Shown here: one piece after another, positions 53,467-64,000 of the stretch
How the letters are laid out: each line of letters starts with the position of its first letter
Numbering within the stretch: the first letter of the stretch is position 1
Assembly: GCA_038496445.1 (NCBI GenBank)
Contig: JALMLS010000149.1
Span: 235,363 to 299,362 of the forward strand
From: Trichosphaerium sp. ATCC 40318
Taxonomy: Eukaryota > Protista > Tubulinea
DNA length: 64,000 nucleotides
Direction of reading: 5' to 3'
Position numbers and translations under genes: made by a program
Notes under the pieces: model-generated
Told to the model about the DNA's origin: nothing
Database searches by the model: none
The model's input: the letters and a program-made list of their open reading frames with translations, nothing else

Positions 53467-54035
53467 CTTTGTAATCATACAACGAAATGAAGAGGACCTC
53501 TTCAATAAAAACATTATGGAAAAATAATACAAAATTTGATTTTAGTCGACTACAGCTAATAAATCAACTTCACTACTGGAAAAGACCAACTAAATGAGGT
53601 CATCAATTATGGCATTTGGTTGAATTCGAACTTTCTTTGTTTTACAATTTACATTGTAGCTTTTATATACTTGTTGTGTACGCTGGTGGCAGCAACAATT
53701 GTACGTGGCTTGGTTGTAGAATGGATGAGTTGTAATTGTAACAAAATGCTTACTTTATTATGTTTGTCGGTGGCGCTCGTATTCTTATTTTGTTGTACGT
53801 ACTTGCAAAGGAACATAAGTTTTTTTGACAGTTGCACTCCAACTTTCGGTTGTGCCTGGCTTAAAGATTGTACATTAAGTGGCTGAAAATTCCACAGCTT
53901 TACATTTTAAAACAGTTCCAAAAGCAAGTAGAAACAGCCAAGCGCTCTTTCTCGATGATTTGTAGGCGACGGCACTGTTCACCATTGGAATTCTGAACAA
54001 AAAGCAAACTTCATTTTACAAACCTTTGATATACG

Positions 54036-57000
54036 ATGTCCTTGCGTAAACTATTTGATTCAGTAGGATTTACTGAAAAAGATGCTCTTCAGTATGTAGA
54101 ATTGTTCGAAGAGCACGATATCACCATTAATGAGTTGGATGAGCTTAATCACGAGTTACTGAAGGAGTTGGGGGTTAAGAAGATCGGTATTTACAGTTAA
54201 CAGTCCAATTAGTTACAAACCCTTTACTAGGCCACCGTATACGTATTCTGAAGATGGCGCCATCCAGAAATAAAGTACAACAGAATCAACCAGTCAGTAA
54301 CTCTGTACATCTCCCGCGTAGTATCACACAGCAGCTGGACCCTAATCTCGCGCTTCCTGTTACAAAGTCTCAAAGTGTATCAACCGACACCCAACCTGAG
54401 CCTGTTCTATCTCAAAATCTCATAAAAAAAGAGCCAGACAACACCTTACCACCCAAACTATCAAGCTTTCCTACAGGACAGGTAATAAGAACACCCTCCG
54501 GTCAAGCGCAAAAATTAACGCCGTTTAAGAGCGCTTCAATGCCTTGTAAAGCAGCCGTAACCGAATCACAGGTGTCCGTAAAGAAAGAAAAGCCTAGAAC
54601 ACCACTATGGTTCGAACGTTCCTCTGTCGACCCTCACCGTGTTCGTATTGTTTCGTTTTAATGCTAGAAGCGTTTATTTACTTAATTTCCCTTAGGACGT
54701 TACGCCAAGCCTTGTTACAAACTTGGGCGAGGACGCTGAGCAATACTTTATACTAGATCACAGAAAACTGAGCTGCGATGTCGTGGAACCAAAGGACGAT
54801 GAAGATAAAGCTTCAAAACCAAATCAAGGGCGTTCTTTGGAAGCATCTGATTCTTCTTCAGTTAGTTTCGATGATTCAGATGATGAGGATAGTGTTGAAG
54901 AAGTCACAGATGTACTTTGGTTTTTTTCTTGCTAAGTTTTTTTTTTGACCTTGTTCTTTCACTGTAGGCTATGGATGTCACTGATGTAGCCCAACTTCAA
55001 CTCAAAGCACCTCCGTCAAACCTCAGTAGTGGTACGTTGATTGGTTTCTTTGATAACAATTAATGACACGTGCGGTTTTTAGAGGAGGTTATTACTGTGA
55101 AGGATATTGACAAACTTGAAGAAAAAGTAAAGGCTAGCTTTAAGAATATTACACCCAGAAAACAACAATGGGAAACGGTATTCAGGCTCTTAGATGATGT
55201 TATGAAGCTACCTGGAGATAGAGTTAGCGATAAGGGTAACTACCTGATCCAACATGCAGCAGGCAAGCCAAGACAAACACGAACAACCATTAATTCTTAT
55301 TGTAGGTAGCGGAAAATCGATAACGATAGCATCTCTGGCTTATAATCTCTACCGGCTACAAGTATGTATAATTTCAAAAAACCACCGAGATATTATTGAT
55401 AATGTATTGGTTTAGACAGAGAGTGGTGAGAATATGTTCCACACAATCCTCATTCTTAATGACAGACGTCATTTGGACAAACAACTTAATACAGTTGTTA
55501 CTAGTTTCCTTCATATGCATAATGTATACGATGTTTCTCATGCAACAAATGCAAGACACTTACAACTCCTTTTAACCTCTGGATCATGGCGGTACTAACC
55601 CAGTTTTTTTTTCTAGTCAGTACTGTTTGTAACAGAACTCTATTTTTAACCTCTATGAATATTCTTTGACTTTTTTTTTTGTTTTAGTGTTGTTGTTACT
55701 ACTATTCAAAAATTTGGTCATTTGGCAATTCCTACCTTCTTCGATTCTAAGCACAGAATTGCTATCATTGCCGATGAGTGTCATAGAACGCATGTATGTA
55801 TTTTTTTGTGTTTTGTTTGGACATGTTGTTAAGTATAACAATGTTTAGGGGAAGATTGTTACAAGGCAATTACACAAGTTCCTTACTGGAGAAACACGGC
55901 AGTCTAAGCAGATCACTTACTTTAGTTTTACTTGTACACCTTCGCAAAACGCACTGGAGATGTTTGGTGTACCTGATAAAGGTCCAGAAAAGACTGTGTC
56001 TCCTTTTTACGTGTACTCAATGGAGGTAAGAGACAATTTTCCTTCAGAAAACATTTTGTTGTTGAACAACTCATGAACCTTATAGAATGCCATCAAAGAT
56101 GGCGTTATTCTGGATGTTCTATCGCATTATGCTACAGTTGGTTCTTTGACAAAATTAAAGCTAAAATCTGATGGTGAAGAGAGCAAGGTTTACAAGGCTG
56201 GTATGTTCTTTTGAAAATGCTTTTTGTTGTCCATCCATTTAACCATGATGCAAAGGTCTTGCTGCAACACGTGTATTATTAGCGCATACAAAACTTGACC
56301 AAGGCACTATCAACGCCAAGGCTTCATTTATGCTTGAGCATTATTTGGAGCAGTACACCAAACTGGCTACTCCTACGTTCATACCTAAAGCGATGGTTGT
56401 TACTGGTGGAAGAGCGCAGATTATTTTGTACAAAAAAGCGTTTGAGGACTTAATAGCAACACTACCAGAAGACCAGGTCCGTTCTTTAACGAAAACCTCC
56501 ACTGAGATCGCTTGTTTTCGTGCTTTGACTTTCTGATTTTTTTCTTATTTTAGAGATTCGGTATTGTTTGTGCCTTTACCCCATTTATTTACAAAGAAGA
56601 AGCACTATCCGAAAGAGATGTAAAGATAAATGGTTAGTACATATTTGAAGACTTTAATGTGATGGTGCGTCTTTATTTATTTTGTATTGTAGGTCCGTAT
56701 GCAAAGGATCCAGTTAGAGCCTTTAGAGCGTTACCCAATATTAAAATGGTCATTGTTGCAGAAAAGTTACGGACAGGTTTTGATGAGCCTTCATTAGCTT
56801 TTATGTACCTTGATAAGAAAATTACTGGATGTAGTGTTGTACAGACGCTTGGTAGGCTCAGCAGAGTTTGTCAGGTACTACTCAACGTCAGAAGTTGCCA
56901 TACTTTTTTTTTGCCTTCTAAACAAAATCTTTTAAGGGCAAACGACATGTTCATGTTGTTGATTTTGCAAACTCCAAATCTCAAATAGCAAGTACTTTCG

Positions 57001-60000
57001 CTAAATATTACGGTTCAACAACTCTCAAGTCCCTATGTGATGGTGAGGCCGAACCACAGATGCGACAGTTATTCCAGAAAATTATAGGTGTTCTAGGTAA
57101 TTACAAATTGGCATGTTTGGATTGGCGCTCGCCGTCCAGATTTCGCTTTTGTACTACTCCCCTTCTCACGTAATTATTAGGCGTCAAAGAAGAGAACATC
57201 CACCAGGTCATCGCTAATTTAGAACCTAGTAGTATGCGGAGATTGTTTAATCGCCTGTCTAAGTACTTTCAGTTCTGTAACAAGTAAGTATTTTCTTTTG
57301 AATTTCTCAACGGTTTTTTATTTAATTCAAGCCCTGTACTGATATCTATTTTTAGGTTACAGACTGAGATGGAAGGAGTAGATCATGCTTTCCTTCGTAA
57401 ACTACATCAGAGGATTCTAGTTGAACACGTGAAACGAAACTGTACGGATATCTTTTACCAAGCATTCCACAAAGCACTCATCTTTTTACAGTGCGAGCCA
57501 AGGCTATCTTAGATGAGATAACTGTTGATAATGTATCTGAACCAAAACTAATAAGCGAATACCCTTTATTGGATGATGTACTTGAAGTTGTGGCTAATTG
57601 CAAACACCTTCGCGTTAAAGCTAGCAAAAAAGGGGTACAAAACCAACTCAACAATTTCGTAACATATTTTCTCTTAGAGCATCATTACAATCAGGCAAGA
57701 TGACAAGGATCTTTCTCTTACACTCAAGGATATTGTACGTATTACGTGATTTACATTTCTTATTTATACTGGAGTAGGTGAGCATGGCAAATGCTTGGCA
57801 TGTTTCAACAGAACTTGATAGACATGAAGAGGATGGAGGAGATATTAAAAAAAAGCATCCTTCAACTACTCTCGAACAATTGCTCATCGCAGCAAAAGCC
57901 CTTAAGGCCAAGACAGAGACAGAGCCCACCAAAGCGCTGCCTTCTATGACTGTGCCTGATTTGAAAACATATATCGACCCTGGGGACATGCCTACGCTGG
58001 AAGACCTTAAAAATGTTTTTTCCAACCAACGCACAGAGTTGAAAAATACAATCGAAGTTTTGGCTTCTGATGTGCATGACAAGTCTGAAAAAGTACCTGA
58101 ACCTGATGCCATGGATGTAGGAGAGAATAACGTTGTTGAAGACGCTGTTGCTCCAAAAAGTATGGATAACGATCAAGTAATGACTGAAGCATTACCATCA
58201 AATGTTGAAAAGACAGGAGATGCGGATGCTAAAGATAAAGTCATGACAGACGTACTATCACTGCCTCCATCATCATTATCTCTACCTCTACCGCAACAAT
58301 CACGTCTGAAGAATATATCTGTACCTCAGCAGCCAAGTGTCACTAAAAAGCTTAACGACAGAACACCTATACATACCATACTTTCTGTACGTTCCTTTAC
58401 CCAGTAATTTTTTATTACCTTATTACATGTACCTCTTCTTCTTACACTTTCTTTAGCTCAAACGACCCAGTCACAGGATTGATAGAGAAACAGCAAAGAG
58501 AAAGTATGGTGATCACAGAACCGGTCCAATAATCCCGCCAAATTTGCCTCCTAAAAAAAAGGCTAAAGTGACTCCTCAGCCACAACCGCAACAACATATC
58601 AAAGTAGAACCTTCAGCAACAAACCCTAACTCGAGTAAACAAGCTAGAAAAGAACCAACAACACAGAACAGAAATAATACACATCTGTATCCAGCTGATG
58701 TACTAGAGATTGTAAGATCTTCAAAATGGGATGTAAGAAAAGAAGGCTTTCAGTATATTGCTGAGACTGATTGGGATAATTGGGTTCCTTTTGGTGAAGA
58801 TATTATAAGATACTTTAAAATATCACTTGAAAGCAAGGATAGCACACCAGAAGAGATAAATATGTGTTGTATGGCTATAGTATCTTTGTGTAAAGGTACG
58901 GTACATAATTTTTTAGTTCTACTTTTTTTTGAATTTTATGAGATACTTGCAACGTTCTATTATGCTTGAACTTGTTTCTATTTGCAATATTGCTCGTACT
59001 AATCGTGTATGTATTTCAATAGTCATGAGTGCATTCATGAAATTGAATTATACTGGTTGACTTTCGAGCTAACACAAAGTTGTTTTTGAAAACTGCTTTG
59101 ATCACGTGATTTTTGTTTGTTTTTTATCTACCTATGAATTTCTTTGTGCTTTCTTTCAACACATAACTAATTTGTTTTCTTTGTTTAGCTGGAATTTCGA
59201 GTAAGCATAAAGCAATGATACGTTCAGGAATGGTCCCAGCACTTTGTAGACATTTGGGAAGCATACCTTGTTCTGTTGCTGTTTTATTGGCACTGCTTCA
59301 AATTGAAACCTCCAGAACAGCAGCTACTAGACAAGTGAAGAATATAAGAGGTAAAAGATATTATAGATACAACTGTGCGCCGTTTTTGTTAACAATTGAA
59401 TGATTTTTGTTTGCTTGTGAAATGCTAAGTTGTTTAGATTCTCTTCATGTATCTTTACGTATTTGTGGTGGCTTGGAAAAACTTGTAGATATTGTAAAAC
59501 CAAATTCAAATCATCATAATGCAGCTAAAGTACATGGCATGGCGCTACTTCAGTACTCTGCCTTCAATCGTAAGTACAATCCCAGAATTATCTCAAAAAC
59601 TTTTTTATTTCTGTGTTGGTTGCTAAACAACCGTTCACCTTTAACTATTATTTGTTTCTGTTTGTATACTATCCTCTTGCTTCTTTCTCCATTATTTTTC
59701 TTTTTGACTAACGGTTATTAATAGAACAAAGTCAACCTTTGCTCGCAAGGCACTGGAAGATATGGTGTAGTTTTTTATCTTCACAAAACTTGGACAACGT
59801 AGAAAATGGATTGAGATTCTTATAAATATTGTTCGATCTATACAGAGATATATAAAGAGTAGTAGATCACGTGATCGTGGTAAAGAAGATATATTAAAGA
59901 GTATACAAGAGTATCCAAACTTGAAATCAAGGCTTAAGATATTATCTGATGCTGCACAGTTTTCAAAAAGAGCTGGTGTACTTATCAAGTTGGTTTATCC

Positions 60001-60118
60001 TAGTGGCTATATTGAACCTCCTAAGAGACTTGATCTTTGTTCTAATAAGTCAAGAAGGAGTGGTAGTTTAGATCTATTCTTACCTGTATGTTCTACTGTA
60101 CGAAAGAAAAAAAATTAA
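54036..60118 (+). CDS. SAM domain + Type I restriction HsdR-like SF2 ATPase/translocase + NLS + ARM-like C-terminal protein
   Basis: SAM: YVELFEEHDITINELDELNHELLKELGVKKIG|HRIRIL. HsdR motifs: NYLIQHAAG|SGKS, LNDRRHLDKQL, VTTIQKF, IADECHR, FTCTP, YSME|NAIKDGVILDVL, KAMVVT, IVAEKLRTGFDEP..MYLDK, VQTLGRLSR, VVDFAN. NLS PPKKKAKV. The exons join in frame to the stop. Confidence 0.88.
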
Positions 60119-60526
60119 AGAAATGTTATTAGCAAAGCGATGTACAAACACTTTACAAAAAAAAAAAGTCACAACAAGTTTACTCGTCTCGTTAGACAAT
60201 TCCAGCTGATTTTATGTTGTACTAGAGTAGTTGTTTGTGCATGTATGGACCATGTTGACTGCAATTGAAACGTATTATATACTAGCTAGTCCTTTAACAT
60301 TACAATCAATCACAAAAACCCCCTGTTCATACTATAATCTCAAGAGCCTATTTGCATCGGTACAAATAGTTTGGGTAGGGAAACTATTATCATTGCCATC
60401 ACTAAGAATAGTCGTAACAAGAAGTGATAGTTTTTATGTTCATGGAGGGACAAAACACGTGATTTTCTAAAATAACCATAGGTTCAGTGCAACCCACTTT
60501 GTGGAACTCTAAGTTTATTGTTTTGG

Positions 60527-63500
60527 TCAATCCGTCAGTTCGTTGACAAATGCCTTCAGGCGTGTCAATCCTTCCTTTAATGTTTCTTGGTTTGTTACAT
60601 ATGCAATACGAAACGCATTAGAGCAACCAAATCCAGTACCAGGTACTAATGCTACTTGATACGCTTGAAGAAAGGTGGAACAGAAATCCATATCAGAGTT
60701 AATCTTCCCTTGTATGACTTTCCCAAGAGGTCTACAAACAAAGTAAGATTGAATGAAATCACACTTAGAAACACTGTATCAAATATTATCGTCACGTGTA
60801 CACGTGCGACCGAAGTTCATTTCCGAACAAGAAAAAAACGTCGCCTTTGCGATTTTTAGGTACCTGTTATTGTAGGGAAAATGTAGAAGGCACCACGAGG
60901 TTCGTATAATCCTAGCCCAGGTATTGTTCGTAAAATACCCATCATTAGATTCTTTCTTGCTTTCATTTCTAGAACGTTTTCTTGAATCACCTGTAGAGTA
61001 GTAATCAAAAAAAAAGCCAAAGTGAGGGTATAAATGATATCTTACGTCGTATGGGAGTGCTAGTGCGTAAATTCCAGCATGTTGTGCAATACTTGAAGCA
61101 CATGAAGTAATCAATTGTTGGATCTTAAGGCACATTTTAACAATCTTTGCTGGTGCCGCCATGTAACTAATAAGAAACATTTAACGCAAGCATTATTTCA
61201 AAAATTACTAAAAGATGAAGGCTCAAACCAACTAATTACATACCCTAATCTTAGTCCAGTCATAGCATGCTTTACTGAAACCATTTATTGAAATGGTACG
61301 CTCCTTCATGCCTGTAGAGGTTATTAAAAACAATGCAAGTTTTATTGTTTACCTTTCAGTTTTGCAAATGAAACGTGCTTTGTGTCATCGAATAGAATGC
61401 GTTCATAAATCTCGTCACTATCATTACATTAATAAGAATAAAAGAACATGCGTACCTGACAACGTATATGTGTCGGTACTCAGGTCGCTCTAAAACTTCA
61501 GCTAGCGCTTCAAGATCTTCGCGAGAAAACACTGAAATAACAAAAAGTTAGTTTGACGCTTGTATTCCACCAACTTCACACTTCAAAACTTAACACTTAC
61601 CAGTGCCTAAACAAACCGTGAGTATTGGATTGGTATAAGTTTGTAAAAAACAAAGTGATAGTAAAGATGTAGCAGTGACATAGATGTACCTGTTGGATTG
61701 CAAGGGTTGCTGAACATTATAAGCTTTGTTTGACTGTTCAGTGCTTCTTCAATACCCTTGACTGGTAGGCTGTATCCTGATTCAACACTTGATTCAATAT
61801 AACGAGGAATACCCCTAGAGAAATGTATCATAGCAGGATAGCTAACCTAGGAATCCAATCAACAAATTGTTGTTAAACCAAATGTAAAAAAGTACTAACA
61901 TAGTATGGTTTTGGTATGACTACTTCATCTCCTGGACCTACAAGTGCCCTAACAGCTTCAAATAGTGCCTGCTTACCACCACTTGTTACAAGAATCTCAT
62001 TTGTTCCGTAATTCAACCCTTTTCTTTCGAGCAAGTGTTTTTGGATTGCATTGCGTAAATCCAAGGTACCAGCGCTCTAATCAAAATTAATTGTTGAGTT
62101 TTGAGGTTGGATTCTTACCTCAGTGTATAAAGTCTTTCCCTTTCCTACTGCTTCTACAACCGCTTCTTGTACTGCTTTTGGCATTGGGTAATCTGGTTCT
62201 CCAACATTGAACTTAATAATGGTTTGACCTGTTCGGAAAAAAATAAGAAAACCATTCTGTGTCAGTTATTTTCGACTTGCCTTGTTGTTCTAGCTCGATT
62301 CTTAGTTGGTTTACTGCCATTGTGGCTGAAGGTTGTATTGATGTTACATCATTACTAAACTCATGAACCAAGTCGTTTGTAGTTTCACGTTCTTTTGCAC
62401 GGAGTTGTGAATGAACAATTTCGACTGATTTTTTAAGGTTTTCAAGTACTTGGTGAGCATTTGGGTTGTACCTAGTTATGTCACTCAGGAACAATAGAAT
62501 GGAAAATAAACGCACTTGTAAAGACCAAAGTATAGATCGAAACTATCATGAATTGTATTCTCAACAAGACCAAGTAACATGTCAAAACCTTTTGTGTTTA
62601 TAGGCGTTTTCTCAACGTTCTACAACACGTGTCAAAAAATTCAATCTTCAATGAGTTAAACTTACCAATGCAGATAACATACGCCCTGTAGTGTGGGTAA
62701 TAAACTGGCTCTGAGCTCCCTACAAATGAAAGTTGTTAGATTGGTTTTGGTAGCTAGTTCTTTGTCATACAAATCTGTCGTGTTCTTCACAAGTCAATAC
62801 TTCCATCTTACAACCTTCTGAAGAGAACAAATCCAAAAAAGAGGAACATCTTGCGTCATTTGCAATACGGACTTTCTCATATACACATATGAGATCCTTC
62901 CTAGTGGAGGAGAAGTGTCAATCAAGAAAGTTATCAAGAAAATGTTATTTCTTACCAAGAATTCTTCCCTGAATCAGGACCGAACATGGGATGTGTGCAA
63001 AGTCTTTGTACCGCGTAAGATATTTTAAAGTATTATGGAAGCTTTGACGTACATATCAGCAGAAGAAGGAAGATGTTCTGTGAGGATCTCTGAAAAAGAA
63101 AACTGTAAGTGAATACTATATTTATAGCTATCAACAGCTAGTGCACGTGCCTTTAGGATGACATTTTACAGAAAGTACGTCGACCACTAACCGGTCTGCA
63201 AATTTATCCAAAGGGAGACTATAGACTAGTCGTTAGCGGCGTTTCCAGTGAACAGCTTCAAAGATCATTAAATGCCATACCTTAAGAGAACCGATTTAAA
63301 TGATAGAATACTGACAGCCAGTATGACGCAATCTATTTTCTAAGGAGAGGGTTTTGAGCGCATTTCGTAATTTGACATACGCGTACCTCTTCAAAGAACT
63401 TGTTTGCCTCATCGTAGCGATAATAGCGCTTAATACCACACTCCTAATCGTGTGTTAGCGTCATAACGTCGAGGGTTAAAATTACGTGTAAATGTAGTGA

Positions 63501-63652
63501 ATACGTCGTACCGCTGCCTTTTTGGTATAATCGCCTCTAGACATAGCGTACAGTGTTACATTACTACATTTTGAAAATCTTCTAGCCAAGAATTGTCCAA
63601 ATGTACCAAATCCAATTATACCAACGTTCAGAGTTGCGTTGGAACTTGACAT
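60527..63652 (-). CDS. Fused arogenate/prephenate dehydrogenase (TyrA) + class I (prephenate/aspartate) aminotransferase; apparent frameshift near 61270
   Basis: VGIIGFGTFGQFL, VDVLSVK, LCTHPMFGPDS and EEHD...SQFITH run in frame into IQPSATMAV...VGEPD, GGKQAL, SNPCNPTG, SDEIY, NGFSK. Confidence 0.88.
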
Positions 63653-63749
63653 TGTAAAAGAGAGTACAGTGTGTAAAAACAAAATCTATTTAAGGCACAT
63701 AAGACTTGGGGTGGCTTAAAGTGTACATAATTTACAAGCTTTATTCACA

Positions 63750-64000
63750 ACACAAAAGGAGCTCACTTCTGTTTTACCTTCAATCGTTTTCGTAGTGAGG
63801 CAATCTACAAGGAGTAAGTACAATACAGACAAAGGGTAGTACTTCTTCTAGGATAGAAGCATGGTCGTGAGCAGCATTATTTGATACATCGTTTATCTTT
63901 TGTTGCATTAATAGCAACTCATCAGTTTTAACATCAAGTAGATCCACTTTTTGTTGCATCTGCGTTCCTACGTTCTCTTCTTCCTCTTCTTCTGCTTCTA
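63750..64000 (-). CDS. Partial 3' end of a gene extending beyond the window
   Basis: Open acidic/coiled frame EAEEEEEENVGTQMQQKVDLL... The stop position was not resolved. Confidence 0.35.

Noticed and set aside
53620-53886. ORFs on both strands between the CCCH and SAM-HsdR genes
   Set aside because: No motifs or convincing splice structure; treated as intergenic.
1-64000. Alternative genetic code or stop-codon readthrough to explain the short ORFs
   Set aside because: In-frame stops are removed by ordinary intron excision in conserved genes (PIG-A, GluRS, PAH), and all three stop codons terminate genes.
1-64000. tRNA/rRNA genes or an autonomous transposase/reverse transcriptase
   Set aside because: None recognisable by eye. 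A tRNAscan/Infernal run would be needed to exclude small RNAs.

Overview
AT-rich, gene-dense, intron-rich eukaryotic nuclear DNA. The code is standard, with TAA, TAG and TGA all used as stops, and most introns are about 40-110 nt. The source is most likely an amoebozoan protist, inferred from a CudA-type factor, a Frizzled/Smoothened-like GPCR and an ARM-RhoGEF. The ORF track captures only exon fragments, so I rebuilt about 25 spliced genes by hand; coordinates span start to stop including introns, and some exon boundaries are uncertain. Housekeeping genes include RPC8, PIG-A, phenylalanine hydroxylase, glutamyl-tRNA synthetase, a TTLL ligase, an RsuA-type pseudouridine synthase and a JmjC protein. 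Highlights: (1) an intron-containing gene fusing a SAM domain, a bacterial Type I restriction HsdR-type ATPase/translocase core without the nuclease, an NLS and an ARM-like tail; (2) a transcription factor fusing an HP1-type chromoshadow domain to a CudA/STAT-like DNA-binding domain and an IPT/TIG domain; (3) U12 minor introns including an AT-AC intron, many GC-AG introns, and an apparent excess of intronic CACGTG; (4) an approximately 0.9-kb-arm inverted duplication carrying intronless pseudokinase C-lobe ORFs; (5) a 208-bp TIR element; (6) RCC1-F-box-Arf and arogenate dehydrogenase-aminotransferase fusions and a YbaB/EbfC homolog. All homology calls are from motif recognition by eye, not database searches.
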